From a virus, in IMG/VR virus record IMGVR_UViG_3300010370_000002: a stretch of 44,137 nt of DNA; one strand, 5' to 3'. The translations under genes and the position numbers were made by a program. Shown in pieces: positions 1-9,446 of the stretch (position 1 is the first letter of the stretch; each line of letters opens with the position of its first letter). The notes below the pieces were generated by a model. It was given only the letters and a program-made list of their open reading frames with translations, searched no databases and was not told the DNA's origin.

Positions 1-123
1 CATCTGCAGTTCCAGTTTTAAATAAAGCAACTGTCATATTTTCATCTACATCCTGTCCCCAGTTTGCAACAACATCTATTCTTAAAAGTGAAGTTGCACT
101 TTTTGGGGTTATTGATATACTCA
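1..123. repeat. Terminal direct repeat, copy 1 (identical to 44015-44137); indicates a circularly closed or terminally redundant genome of about 44,014 bp
   Basis: Read directly: both copies run catctgcagttccagtttta ... ggggttattgatatactca. Confidence 0.9.
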
Positions 124-1156
124 TAAATTCTGTTCCTTCACCAATTTGCGGTATTGTATCATCAAAAGGTATATCACTAGCTGCTGCGGCAACTGCACCA
201 GTTGTGGCTGTAACTATTTGTAAAATTTCTAAAGTTTTAGTATTGTTAGCAATAACAATCCAATTAGCTAAATTTGAATCATATCTTAAAATTAAAACTT
301 GAGACGTCGAATTTAACGTAATTGTTGCCCCAGTTTCAATTTTTATATTACCAACTGCATTTCTAACATTTATTATTCTAGCTGCATTTTGTAAACGTAA
401 AAAAATAATTTGTCCATCTTGACCACTATTTATGGTATCTAAATCATCACTAGCTGTTGATCCTTCGGTGTCTATAATATATGAACCTGAATTATTAGTT
501 AATGTGACAACCCCCGCTGATATTGTCAAAGCTGTAGAAGTTCCTGATAAAATTGGAAGTGAATTTGGATTTAAAACAACTACATCAACGCCATCATAAG
601 TGCAAAAATATCTTTGATTTGCTTTTAAATCGCCAGCTTTTAAATTGACTTTTGTTCCTTGTTGTGTGTATTTTTTAAAATTTTGAGCAGTTAAACTATC
701 TACTGATAAAGTTGGATTATTTCCACAATCTGTGTGAATTTGTATAACAAATGTTTGTGCGTTATTATATGAAATAACTGTAGGATTTGCTAATAATGTA
801 TAAGCTGTTGAAGTTCCTGTTGTTAATCCCCAATATGAAGTTGGTCGAACATCAAAATCATTTAAAGATGCAATTTCAGCTGTTGCACCTACGGGATCAC
901 AAGTTTCTATTGTATTATCTAAAGAATCTTTAACAATCAATTTTAATTGTGATAAATCAGAATACCATATTTCTGGCAATCTTCCATTTGAATCAGATAT
1001 AACTGGATTAGTATTTGCTACAGTTAAATTAATATTTTGATATGTTGTTACTGGCGTTGTTGTTCCAGTTAAATAGAAATAATATTTATATCCTACTCCA
1101 ACAGCTCCTGCATTGGTAAATATTCTAGTTATTGGTTCATAAAATCTTTGTGCCAT
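1..1156 (-). CDS. Tail fibre / tailspike-like protein, N-terminal part. The ORF runs off the left edge and continues in frame into 43788-44014 across the junction (about 460 aa in total)
   Basis: ATG at 1156-1154 overlaps the upstream stop (TAATG). My translation starts MAQRFYEPITRIFTNAGAVGVGYKYYFYLTGTTTPVTTYQNINLTVANTNPVISDSNGRLPEIWY, a common fibre/spike N-terminus. No stop down to base 1. The Met of the 43788..44051 ORF equals base 37 and is in frame. Confidence 0.6.
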   Translation of the reverse strand, partial: MAQRFYEPITRIFTNAGAVGVGYKYYFYLTGTTTPVTTYQNINLTVANTNPVISDSNGRLPEIWYSDLSQLKLIVKDSLDNTIETCDPVGATAEIASLNDFDVRPTSYWGLTTGTSTAYTLLANPTVISYNNAQTFVIQIHTDCGNNPTLSVDSLTAQNFKKYTQQGTKVNLKAGDLKANQRYFCTYDGVDVVVLNPNSLPILSGTSTALTISAGVVTLTNNSGSYIIDTEGSTASDDLDTINSGQDGQIIFLRLQNAARIINVRNAVGNIKIETGATITLNSTSQVLILRYDSNLANWIVIANNTKTLEILQIVTATTGAVAAAASDIPFDDTIPQIGEGTEFMSISITPKSATSLLRIDVVANWGQDVDENMTVALFKTGTAD

Positions 1157-3234
1157 TATTCTAAATTTTCCTCGTTTTTAGGTTGTTCTGATACCATAGT
1201 TCTTGCTATTTGTGGTGATAATGTTTTTATAAAATTTCTTTTTTCTAAAAAATCTTGTATAAATTTTTGTATCAACCCCTTTTCTGTTTTGGTTTGGGCT
1301 TTTTTATAAACATTGTTTAATAAATTAACTGATTTTTCTGGATCAATTATAATATTTGCAAGTTCTTTAGCAGTTTGTTCATTTAAACCATAATACCTTT
1401 TTTGTATAGCATTTTTAGTCATTAATAATATGTCTGAAACACCAAAAGTTTTTGCATTAATTGCACCTTTAGCAATTTTGTCTAGTAATTGATTTTGTTC
1501 TTCTAAATTGAAATCAGTTCTTGAACCTCCTAAAACTCTTTGTTTAGTGTCAAAAACTCTTATTTCATCGTTAAGTCTTTTGGTAAAGTCGGTAAATTGT
1601 TTTGGGTTATCAAATAAAGCTTGTATTTTTCTTCTTTCTAATTGATTGCCAAAAATAGTTTTAGCAGGGTTTCTATCGCTTGATTTTGCGACCTTATCCA
1701 TTAAATAATCTTTTACCCCTATTTTATAGGCTTCTTTTTCTCCATCACTTAATTTGCTAAAAGCCCTTTTCACTTCTTCACCATTTCGGTATTGATTAAA
1801 TTTTAAACCTTCTTCTTGTGCGTTTTTTAAAGCCGTTTCTCCAGCATATATTTTATTTGCTTCTTTATACGATGGACTTGCTTTTTCTAAAATATCTAAA
1901 ACTTGTCTTTTTACTCCATATAATGCTTTTGATGTTGTAAAGTCTTGATTTTTTACTGCTAAATTTATGTCTCTATCTATCATTTCTTTAGCACCTTTTA
2001 AAACAACAAAACTATTATTAGAAAGTCTTGGGTCAACAAAAAGTGGCTCATTTTTTGCCATATTAACATACTTTGTAATATTAGGATTGTCGTATAATAT
2101 TTTTGGAGGTGCATTTTCTTTAACAATTTTTGTTAAAGGAACTCCAGTTGCTGGGTCTGTTAAAGCTTCTCCATTAGCGCCTATTATAGGTTTAGAAACA
2201 AATATTTTTTTAGGCTTTAATATTTTGTCTAAATATTTTTGCCCTTCAATTTCCGCTTGTTGATAAAGTGGAGCGGATATTTCTTTTCTTCTAACTATTG
2301 TATTGTCAAGAGTATCAAAATAATTTTCCGCACTTAAATTATTATTTATTATATCACCAACTCTTCTTGCTGAGCTTGCAGTTTTATTATTAATATAATT
2401 AGAAATAATTTTGTTGCTTCCTTGTGTTTTACCTAATATTCTTGTTAAACCTAAAATTGCTTCGTTACCTTGTTCAGGTAATGTAGTTATTCTTCCTTCT
2501 TGAATTTTGCCACCTAATTTTGTTGCTTCTTGTAATGCCTCTTCTGGCTTTAGAACTTTTGACATAATTGTTTCTGGCGTGGTTTTTTTAAATCTTTCTG
2601 CAGAACTTTTAATAAATGGTAATGATTTATCTATAGCTTGATTGATAATAGGTGTAGCTTTTTGGACTCCTCCACCTATCACACCACCAACAACTACACC
2701 TTCCGCAACATCTTTTAAAGTTTGTGGAATATTAGTAATATCTTCAGTTTCACCTAAGGCGGTTGCTCCACCTATCACACCACTACTTTTTACAGCAGTT
2801 CCAAAACCTTGACCAGTTAAACCAAGAGCTTTAAGACCTTTTCCAGCTACCCCAACATCAGAAAACACTTGCCCAGCAAAAGAAGTTAAAGGGCGGTCTT
2901 GTCTTGCTTTTTCCAACTTAGCTCTTTCAGAAGTTCTTGCTTCTCTGTAAAGATCGCCAATGTCTATGTTTTGAGTAGCTGCACCACCAAATAACTTAGC
3001 AACACCAGCGGCAATACCTGCTTTAATTTCATCGCCAAAGCCTAAAGGGTTAGTTGCGGTAATAAAGGCGGCTTCACCTATTGACATTTTAGGCGTAAGC
3101 CATTTTTCATCACCAGTAAGATAACCTGAGCTTAATAACTTTTGTTCTATTTGTTGTTTAGAAATACCTTCGGGAATATTTTTAACAATTCTACCATCTG
3201 GAAGTTTTAAATCTGGCATTATAAGGACCCCCAT
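1156..3234 (-). CDS. Large internal virion / DNA-ejection protein (P22 gp16-like position)
   Basis: 692 aa. Gly/Ala/Val-rich hydrophobic stretch (GIAAGVAKLFGGAA, GVIGGATALG, VVVGGVIGGG). Last of three consecutive ejection-type genes. Start overlaps the upstream gene. Confidence 0.5.
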   Translation of the reverse strand: MGVLIMPDLKLPDGRIVKNIPEGISKQQIEQKLLSSGYLTGDEKWLTPKMSIGEAAFITATNPLGFGDEIKAGIAAGVAKLFGGAATQNIDIGDLYREARTSERAKLEKARQDRPLTSFAGQVFSDVGVAGKGLKALGLTGQGFGTAVKSSGVIGGATALGETEDITNIPQTLKDVAEGVVVGGVIGGGVQKATPIINQAIDKSLPFIKSSAERFKKTTPETIMSKVLKPEEALQEATKLGGKIQEGRITTLPEQGNEAILGLTRILGKTQGSNKIISNYINNKTASSARRVGDIINNNLSAENYFDTLDNTIVRRKEISAPLYQQAEIEGQKYLDKILKPKKIFVSKPIIGANGEALTDPATGVPLTKIVKENAPPKILYDNPNITKYVNMAKNEPLFVDPRLSNNSFVVLKGAKEMIDRDINLAVKNQDFTTSKALYGVKRQVLDILEKASPSYKEANKIYAGETALKNAQEEGLKFNQYRNGEEVKRAFSKLSDGEKEAYKIGVKDYLMDKVAKSSDRNPAKTIFGNQLERRKIQALFDNPKQFTDFTKRLNDEIRVFDTKQRVLGGSRTDFNLEEQNQLLDKIAKGAINAKTFGVSDILLMTKNAIQKRYYGLNEQTAKELANIIIDPEKSVNLLNNVYKKAQTKTEKGLIQKFIQDFLEKRNFIKTLSPQIARTMVSEQPKNEENLE

Positions 3235-4367
3235 TCAATAACATTACTTTGATTTTCAGGTGCATTTCCTACATTTTGCATTTGAATACGCTGACCATTA
3301 TATCCAATACCTCTTTTTATTCTTTCAAAACCTAATTGAAGTATTCTTTGGTATTCTCTTGCGTTACGTATAAATTCTGCTTCACTTGTTGAAATATCCA
3401 TTGCAGAAGCCGCATTGGTTGCTGTTGTTCCTTCTAAATTTGATAAAGCACCATAACCTTGTAATTGTGAAATAGATTCAAGGAATTGCTTACCTTTTAA
3501 TTGATTGTATTTAGCCATAAATCCAGCCGCATCAGTTCCAGCAACTTTTCGAGCAAAAGGTTTATAGGTTGCACCAACAACATCTTTAAAACCTTCATGT
3601 TTTAACAAATCATCAACTAATTTAACAGTTGTTTGTGTATTTTGTTCAATTTGTGGTAATTTAGAAATTTGCTCTCCCCTAAATTGCCCTATTTTTTGTT
3701 GTTGCTCTTTAAATGCTCCAAGAGTCAATCCTTGTTCGCTTGCCATTTGTCTTTCTTGTTCGGCATTTAATAATTCGCCTCTTGATTTCATAATATCTAA
3801 AGCACCTTTTTGTAAATCTAGTTTGCCTTTTTGAATATCGATGCCAATTTTACCTTGTTGTAAACCTTCAGTTTTAATTTGTGCAGCTTGATATTGTTCT
3901 TTTAAATCCTGCTCTCTGCCTTTTAATCTAGAAGAAAGGCGTTTAAATTCAAGAATTGCTTCTGGTGATTTTTCCGATGGTAAAGGTAATTCTCTTCCTG
4001 TTGCTTCACGATATTCATTGTGCATTTGTTCCCATTTTTTTTGAGAAAAAGCATATTGAGGCATTGAAGCGTATGAGTCTAAAACTCTAGCTCCTTGAAT
4101 GTCAGAATATTCTTGTTGTTTTCTTATTCCTTCTGCACGAGTTGGGTTGTAGGCTGCAAGTTGGCGTAAAGCATTAGTATCACCCATCGAAGCAGTTTTA
4201 GATAAAATATTTTCTGCTTCCACTTGAGCTAATTTATATTTATTAATATCCATCTCTTGTTGAGCAGCAAGCATTTGTAATTGGTTAGCTCTTGCTTGCT
4301 GACCAAATTGGTATCCTCTTAAAATGCTACCTACATAATCTGGAACTTGTTGTTGAATTAAATCCAT
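3219..4367 (-). CDS. Internal virion / ejection protein, Gln-rich coiled coil (P22 gp20-like position)
   Basis: 382 aa with Q/E/K-rich heptad-like sequence; position in the module. Confidence 0.45.
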   Translation of the reverse strand: MDLIQQQVPDYVGSILRGYQFGQQARANQLQMLAAQQEMDINKYKLAQVEAENILSKTASMGDTNALRQLAAYNPTRAEGIRKQQEYSDIQGARVLDSYASMPQYAFSQKKWEQMHNEYREATGRELPLPSEKSPEAILEFKRLSSRLKGREQDLKEQYQAAQIKTEGLQQGKIGIDIQKGKLDLQKGALDIMKSRGELLNAEQERQMASEQGLTLGAFKEQQQKIGQFRGEQISKLPQIEQNTQTTVKLVDDLLKHEGFKDVVGATYKPFARKVAGTDAAGFMAKYNQLKGKQFLESISQLQGYGALSNLEGTTATNAASAMDISTSEAEFIRNAREYQRILQLGFERIKRGIGYNGQRIQMQNVGNAPENQSNVIEWGSL

Positions 4368-4369
4368 TT

Positions 4370-5116
4370 TTATTGTAAATTAGTATTCATTGTTCCCATG
4401 CCAGCATTTATAAATGCCCTAGAATTATATTGACCGCCACCAGTTGAAGAAAAGCCTGAAGGTGATTTTGGAATAGAACCCATGCCTTGTATTCCCATTC
4501 CAAGTAAGCTTCCTCCAATTTGACTTAATCCACCGCCAATAATGTTACCCATTTGAGCATCACGATTAGCCATAGCCATTCCTTGACCTAAAATACCTTG
4601 TTGTAATGCAGAAGCCATATTAGACCCTGCAAACAACTCTGCGTTACTCATTGATGTAGCGGCATTTTGCCCAATTCCTGCAAGTCCTTGTAAATATCCA
4701 ACTTGATTGCCAAATTCTTGAGAAGCTGTTCCTTGAGCAAATTCTTCTAAAGCTTTCATTGCTCCGCCTGATTTTAAACCACCTCTAGAAGCTAGTAAAT
4801 TTTGTATTGAGTTTTGACCTTGTTGTAATCTAAATTGGTATCCTGGGGATTGCTCTAAGCGATTTTGCACTGCCGTAGGATCGCCCGTAAGATATTGTTG
4901 AAGCAAGTTTAATCCACTTCTTCCTGCTTGTTCGTATGGTTGTTGATATGATATAGCTTTATCTCTACCTTGACGCATTTGTGCAAGGTAAGCATCCATT
5001 GCATTTGCTTGAGCTTTTGCTGCTTTTTTTGCTGATTTGTTAGCAAAATATCCTTGACCTATCATTCCGCCGCCAATTAATCCAGCACCACTAATTGCTA
5101 CAGTTGCAAAAGTCAT
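4370..5116 (-). CDS. Internal virion / ejection protein, Gly/Gln/Met-rich (P22 gp7-like position)
   Basis: 248 aa. N-terminal hydrophobic segment TVAISGAGLIGGGMIG; low-complexity G/Q/M C-terminus. Confidence 0.45.
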   Translation of the reverse strand: MTFATVAISGAGLIGGGMIGQGYFANKSAKKAAKAQANAMDAYLAQMRQGRDKAISYQQPYEQAGRSGLNLLQQYLTGDPTAVQNRLEQSPGYQFRLQQGQNSIQNLLASRGGLKSGGAMKALEEFAQGTASQEFGNQVGYLQGLAGIGQNAATSMSNAELFAGSNMASALQQGILGQGMAMANRDAQMGNIIGGGLSQIGGSLLGMGIQGMGSIPKSPSGFSSTGGGQYNSRAFINAGMGTMNTNLQ

Positions 5117-5589
5117 TTATCCTCCAATAAATTTGATTGAATCCATGACAGATCACTTTCATGGACTAATTCATTTTGTAAATCTTCTACTAAAGTGTGT
5201 TCGCTATGATGGATAGTTGACCAAATTGTTTCTTCGTGAACATAAATTAATCTTTTAGTTCCTGCTTTTGAAATCCAAGTTGCTGGGGCTTTAATACGAC
5301 TTACTCCATCTGGAGTCATAATTGATACATCGCCTTTAGATAAAATGCTTACATGATCAAAATTATGAACCTTTCCTGTTAAAAGTATATCTTTAGGAAG
5401 AGTGATTTGTCTAGTATATGTTTTATTGCAAATAAAATGCTCTAAAGGAAGTTCTTTTGCAGTTTGCTCAGAACCTTCAAAATAATTTTTTAAAAAATAT
5501 TCTGCCAATTCTATTTTTTCAATGTTAGAAAGAATTGATAAATCTTTATTGTATTTTTCAGCTATAGCGGGCAGATTGAAACAATCCAT
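5113..5589 (-). CDS. Hypothetical protein, possible small beta-barrel (cupin-like) fold
   Basis: 158 aa, ATGA-coupled to the downstream gene. Pattern TGKVHNFDHVSILSKGDVSI...GTKRLIYVHEETIW resembles a double-stranded beta-helix. Confidence 0.3.
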   Translation of the reverse strand: MDCFNLPAIAEKYNKDLSILSNIEKIELAEYFLKNYFEGSEQTAKELPLEHFICNKTYTRQITLPKDILLTGKVHNFDHVSILSKGDVSIMTPDGVSRIKAPATWISKAGTKRLIYVHEETIWSTIHHSEHTLVEDLQNELVHESDLSWIQSNLLEDK

Positions 5590-5671
5590 TATTTTGAGTC
5601 TCTAGTTTTTTACGCATCATTTACTCAAATATTACTTAATTATTGATTAAGTATTTTTAGTGTCAAGAAAA

Positions 5672-5941
5672 TTATTTCTTTTTTCCACCTTTTTTAGTTC
5701 CACATTTTTTCATGTGTTTCATTGATTGTTTCATTGATTTTTTTTCTGATTTTACTGGTTTCTTTTTCATAAATTGATTTTTTTGTAATTTAAATAAATC
5801 TTCTATATTAGCTTCTAGGATTATTTCCCCGCAAGCTAAAGGCGATTCTTTATCTGATTTTTCTTTAAAAAAATCTTGAAAAGATTCTGTATAAGAATTA
5901 CCCCAAAGAATTTGGAATATGTTTTCTTCTTGTTTTTTCAT
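5672..5941 (-). CDS. Hypothetical protein with Lys-rich C-terminal tail
   Basis: 89-aa ORF ending MKHMKKCGTKKGGKKK. Confidence 0.4.
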   Translation of the reverse strand: MKKQEENIFQILWGNSYTESFQDFFKEKSDKESPLACGEIILEANIEDLFKLQKNQFMKKKPVKSEKKSMKQSMKHMKKCGTKKGGKKK

Positions 5942-6097
5942 AAATTTATCCTTTAAATGGTTCGGGCATGACTTCCAATCTTTTTGCTTTGATTGTTGTT
6001 TTGCCTTCTAAAATTGCTTTTGCTATTCTATGCCAACCATCACAGATATAACCAGTATTATCAATAATTAAAATCATCAATTCTAATTGGTTTCATT

Positions 6098-6364
6098 TTA
6101 ACAATCCCATTTTTTTAATGCTAGTCCTTTTCGAGTTGGTTTTCCATTTTTGCTAGTTGGACCTTTAACTCCTGACATTCTAGCACAAAAAGATTTTCTA
6201 CGAGCTGCTGCTTTTGGGCTTTTTTGTGCTTGCTCTCTACTTACAGGAGGTTTTAAATTACTTCCAGTTGCATTATTATATTTTGCACGACCTTTTGCGG
6301 TAAGTCCTCCGCTTTTGGATTTTTCACCACGTCCAACGCTTAAACTAACTGATTTTTTTTTCAT
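6098..6364 (-). CDS. Small, very basic protein
   Basis: 88 aa, K/R-rich throughout, ends RKGLALKKWDC. Start overlaps the stop of the upstream 47-aa ORF (ATGA). Confidence 0.5.
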   Translation of the reverse strand: MKKKSVSLSVGRGEKSKSGGLTAKGRAKYNNATGSNLKPPVSREQAQKSPKAAARRKSFCARMSGVKGPTSKNGKPTRKGLALKKWDC

Positions 6365-6504
6365 TTTTTTGCAGTTTTTTTAGCTTGTTTAAAATTTTTA
6401 GCAGTAGGTGCACCTTTGCTTCCTACCTTACGCATTTTTTCACCAGAACCAGCTTTTATTCTTGCTCTTTTTGCGTGAATATTTGCATATAAACCTTTAG
6501 ACAT
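6361..6504 (-). CDS. Small, very basic protein (47 aa; below the ORF-track length cutoff)
   Basis: Hand translation: MSKGLYANIHAKRARIKAGSGEKMRKVGSKGAPTAKNFKQAKKTAKK, then TGA overlapping the next ATG. Confidence 0.45.
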   Translation of the reverse strand: MSKGLYANIHAKRARIKAGSGEKMRKVGSKGAPTAKNFKQAKKTAKK

Positions 6505-6506
6505 AT

Positions 6507-6641
6507 TTATTTTTTCTTTTTGGTTACGCCTTTAATTTTACCTTTATTTTCAGTAGCATAAAAGACCTTTTCGCCTTTTTTCTTGCCATATTCTTTCTGC
6601 ATAGCAGATTTAATTTTCTTTCCTTTAGCTGTTAGTGGCAT
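6507..6641 (-). CDS. Small, very basic protein (44 aa; below the ORF-track length cutoff)
   Basis: Hand translation: MPLTAKGKKIKSAMQKEYGKKKGEKVFYATENKGKIKGVTKKKK, then TAA. Confidence 0.45.
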   Translation of the reverse strand: MPLTAKGKKIKSAMQKEYGKKKGEKVFYATENKGKIKGVTKKKK

Positions 6642-6645
6642 ATAA

Positions 6646-6858
6646 TTAATTTAAGATTTTAGTTAATTCTCCGTCATTCTTAATGAAATAAATGATATTC
6701 TCAGGAATAATATTTAATTCTTTGTCTCCAACTTTAACATCAATATCAGAATTATAATGCATTGATGTTTTTGGCATATTGTGGCTTACGACTTCGCCAA
6801 GATAAATTTTATCCGTTTGAAAGTCTTTAAATAGAATTTTTTGACCTTTTTTTATCAT
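6646..6858 (-). CDS. Hypothetical protein
   Basis: 70-aa ORF, co-oriented and tightly packed in the late operon. Confidence 0.5.
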   Translation of the reverse strand: MIKKGQKILFKDFQTDKIYLGEVVSHNMPKTSMHYNSDIDVKVGDKELNIIPENIIYFIKNDGELTKILN

Positions 6859-6876
6859 ATCATTTACTCAATTAGG

Positions 6877-7092
6877 TTAATCGTAATTAGGAACAGGAAC
6901 ATTAATAAAATTATCTTTTGTTTCTGGTCTTGAATCAGGAATTTTTTGAGCTGGAGGATAAACAATCCCAGTATCCTGAGGTTGTCTTCTCCTCCAAACT
7001 TTTTTCCAAACTAATTTGCCGTCCCATTCATATTGACATTCTGAACGCCATTTTTTGAAGCCAGTTCTGTCGCATATTACTAAATAATCCAT
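6877..7092 (-). CDS. Hypothetical protein (Trp/Arg-rich)
   Basis: 71-aa ORF directly after the upstream gene. Confidence 0.5.
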   Translation of the reverse strand: MDYLVICDRTGFKKWRSECQYEWDGKLVWKKVWRRRQPQDTGIVYPPAQKIPDSRPETKDNFINVPVPNYD

Positions 7093-7093
7093 A

Positions 7094-7741
7094 TTAATTA
7101 ACTTGTATTAATAATTCGGCACCAGATGAATAGGAATTAATTTTAACACGCATAGCCATTGGCATAGTTGTATAATTACTATTTTTAGAAGTTGTTGCAT
7201 TTACAACATTACTATCATCTGAGTTTAACCAATTAAATGTTCTATCATCTTTTGATTGAACATTATCATTGGTTTGTTGAACTGTATAATTTATAGTCCC
7301 CGTTTTTATAAATGTCAAGCCAGTAATTCTTTCATTTCTGTCAGAATATGTCCTTTTAATGGGAATTATTTGCGAAATAGCTTCATCAACTGGACCAGCT
7401 TCAACATTTGTTGCAACCGCTCCACTTGCTGAAATTGTTTGAATAGAATAAAAATAGTTAGTAGTTTCTACAGTGTTATTGTTTGGTCCAGCTATAGTTT
7501 CGCTAATTGGAATAGTTTTATTTTTGTCTTCATAACCAGATATAACAAAATTAACACCAGATATGTTGCCAGTAGAACCAAAACCAATTTTTTTTGCAAA
7601 ACCATCAGGACTTACCCACTCACTATTTGTAACTCCAATTCCATTTAAATTAAAATTACCCGCAGATCCTAATGTTTGATTTTCAAAAACACCATTAGGA
7701 TCAACATCGGCTAAATCCATTTTGACTTCGATTCTTCGCAT
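7094..7741 (-). CDS. Virion structural protein, function unknown
   Basis: 215 aa, Asn/Thr/Ser/Gly-rich beta-type sequence, just downstream of the capsid genes. Confidence 0.4.
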   Translation of the reverse strand: MRRIEVKMDLADVDPNGVFENQTLGSAGNFNLNGIGVTNSEWVSPDGFAKKIGFGSTGNISGVNFVISGYEDKNKTIPISETIAGPNNNTVETTNYFYSIQTISASGAVATNVEAGPVDEAISQIIPIKRTYSDRNERITGLTFIKTGTINYTVQQTNDNVQSKDDRTFNWLNSDDSNVVNATTSKNSNYTTMPMAMRVKINSYSSGAELLIQVN

Positions 7742-7749
7742 GTTTGCTC

Positions 7750-8445
7750 CTATCTTTCTTTTGATACAAAAATATAATCAATAGACATAGTTTTAGCTAC
7801 AGCTTCGCCATTCTGAATACCAAAAGAAATTGTTAATTCTTCGTCGTCAGGTAAATTGGTTACAGCTAATTTACCAAGAATAGTTGGATTATTATTGTTT
7901 GTAGATGCTGCATAAACAATTTCACTTACACCATCATAATAAAAACCTACTGTTAAATAAGTATTATTAGCAACAGTTGCAATTGCAGTTGCAGTTGAAG
8001 CGGTTGAATCTTTAACAACTACAAAATCTAAATTAGCGTCTCCATCATCTTTTCTGAAATAAACACCATCAGTTACAGCTAATGGAGTAGAATCGGTAAT
8101 TTGAAGACCAATTATAAAATCTGATTCAGTTGCATCAGAAACAGCAAAGCGTGCTTTAAAAAATAATTTTTTGCCAGCTTCAAATTTAAATGATTCACCA
8201 ACTTTTTGCAAAGCGTTTAAATCATTATCTGCGGCACTATTTGTAAGCAAAAGAACGCCACCATCAACATTAGCTAAAGCTTGTGTTGCTCCAGCTTGTG
8301 TTTCGGTAACAGTCCAGTCACCTGCTGTATAAGTATCAAAATCATCAAAATAAGTGTGAGTTTGAGTAAAATCAGGTTGGATCAATTGACCCAAAATGTT
8401 TTGTGCGGTAATATTATTAACGCCTTTAGGAAAATTTGTAGCCAT
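7750..8445 (-). CDS. Virion structural protein, function unknown (possible head-associated beta-sandwich)
   Basis: 231 aa, alternating beta-strand pattern, immediately after the major capsid gene. Confidence 0.4.
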   Translation of the reverse strand: MATNFPKGVNNITAQNILGQLIQPDFTQTHTYFDDFDTYTAGDWTVTETQAGATQALANVDGGVLLLTNSAADNDLNALQKVGESFKFEAGKKLFFKARFAVSDATESDFIIGLQITDSTPLAVTDGVYFRKDDGDANLDFVVVKDSTASTATAIATVANNTYLTVGFYYDGVSEIVYAASTNNNNPTILGKLAVTNLPDDEELTISFGIQNGEAVAKTMSIDYIFVSKER

Positions 8446-8516
8446 AAATTTTTATAAATAATGTTGCAGGGAGAATTTCACTCCCTTTTACCCAAAATAT
8501 AGGACAACTGTTAAAA

Positions 8517-9422
8517 TTAAACGCCTTGTGAAGCAAAATAGCCACGAGGATCAGTAACGCCTACTGAATAAGAAGTCATAATTTTATATTTATGATCTCC
8601 TGATTCAAAAGCACCATCATTGCTAAATTCACCCTGAACGGCAGTGATCATTTTAGCACCTTCTGGAGCATCTGTTTTAATAAAATAAGCGTCATCAGAA
8701 GTTAAATGTGGATTAACTACAATTCCATTTGAAAACAAGCCCATATATTTTAAAGCATTAACATCGTTGTTAGCAGAACCAACACGAAGTTGAGATTCTA
8801 AAATACGAGTAGCTTCAAACATTAAGGCTGATGGGACTTGCAGTAAAATTGGTTTAATTTTAGCTTTAATTCCTCTATCATTATTAGTTTCTCTAATTTG
8901 AATACACAATTCTTCTAAAGCTTCCTCTGATAAATCAGAAGGAGTTGCTAAAGTATTAGAAAAGTTACCTGCACGGCTTGGGTGGTCAGTTGCAAAAAAC
9001 TTTTTATTATCGCCAAAAGTGTAGTTTGAATCAAAACCATTATTAAATAAATCAGCAACGTCTACTTCTTTAGTTTCGCGAAGTGAAGATGCTAAATATT
9101 CGTTACCTTTAGATACGACATTAAGATATTTGTTAAATTTACGAGCTTCCCAAGAAACTTGATAACCTAATGCACGAGTTCTTTGTTGGTATCTTGATAC
9201 ATAGCCTTGCGACATTGAATCATAATCAACACCAGCACCTTCGTTTTTAGTTTTTAAAAGACCAAAAGGTGAAATTAACACATCTTCGTCAAATTGTTCG
9301 TCTGTTGACTCCATTTTGACAAGTTTTGATGCTAAAAGATCATCTTCTGTATACGCTCCCCAATAAGTTTTTACTCCGGGTTTTAGAGCTTTTGGAATTG
9401 TTCCAGTTACTATAATAGACAT
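8517..9422 (-). CDS. Major capsid protein (HK97-like fold)
   Basis: 301 aa, downstream of portal and scaffold. Sequence character is typical of roughly 300-aa HK97-type coat proteins. A strong intergenic leader suggests high expression. Confidence 0.7.
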   Translation of the reverse strand: MSIIVTGTIPKALKPGVKTYWGAYTEDDLLASKLVKMESTDEQFDEDVLISPFGLLKTKNEGAGVDYDSMSQGYVSRYQQRTRALGYQVSWEARKFNKYLNVVSKGNEYLASSLRETKEVDVADLFNNGFDSNYTFGDNKKFFATDHPSRAGNFSNTLATPSDLSEEALEELCIQIRETNNDRGIKAKIKPILLQVPSALMFEATRILESQLRVGSANNDVNALKYMGLFSNGIVVNPHLTSDDAYFIKTDAPEGAKMITAVQGEFSNDGAFESGDHKYKIMTSYSVGVTDPRGYFASQGV

Positions 9423-9446
9423 AATTTTATATTTTTATAATTAATA

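Noticed and set aside
1967-2263. Short ORFs nested antisense or out of frame in larger genes: 1967, 7439, 13510, 14109, 14635, 16226, 23664, 27994, 29109, 29171, 29477, 29859, 30031, 30709, 31099, 32197, 34053, 35371, 39562, 39732, 41385, 42938
   Set aside because: Each lies wholly inside a longer ORF with recognisable motifs or operon context. Their translations are low-complexity, and no start signals were seen.
5946-6078. ParB-like remnant on the minus strand (..TGYICDGWHRIAKAILEGKTTIKAKRLEV..)
   Set aside because: The frame is only about 39 codons between stops and has no ATG (only TTG/ATT). The upstream ATG at 6078 is out of frame and stops after 6 codons. It may be a decayed fragment and is too weak to call as a gene or pseudogene.
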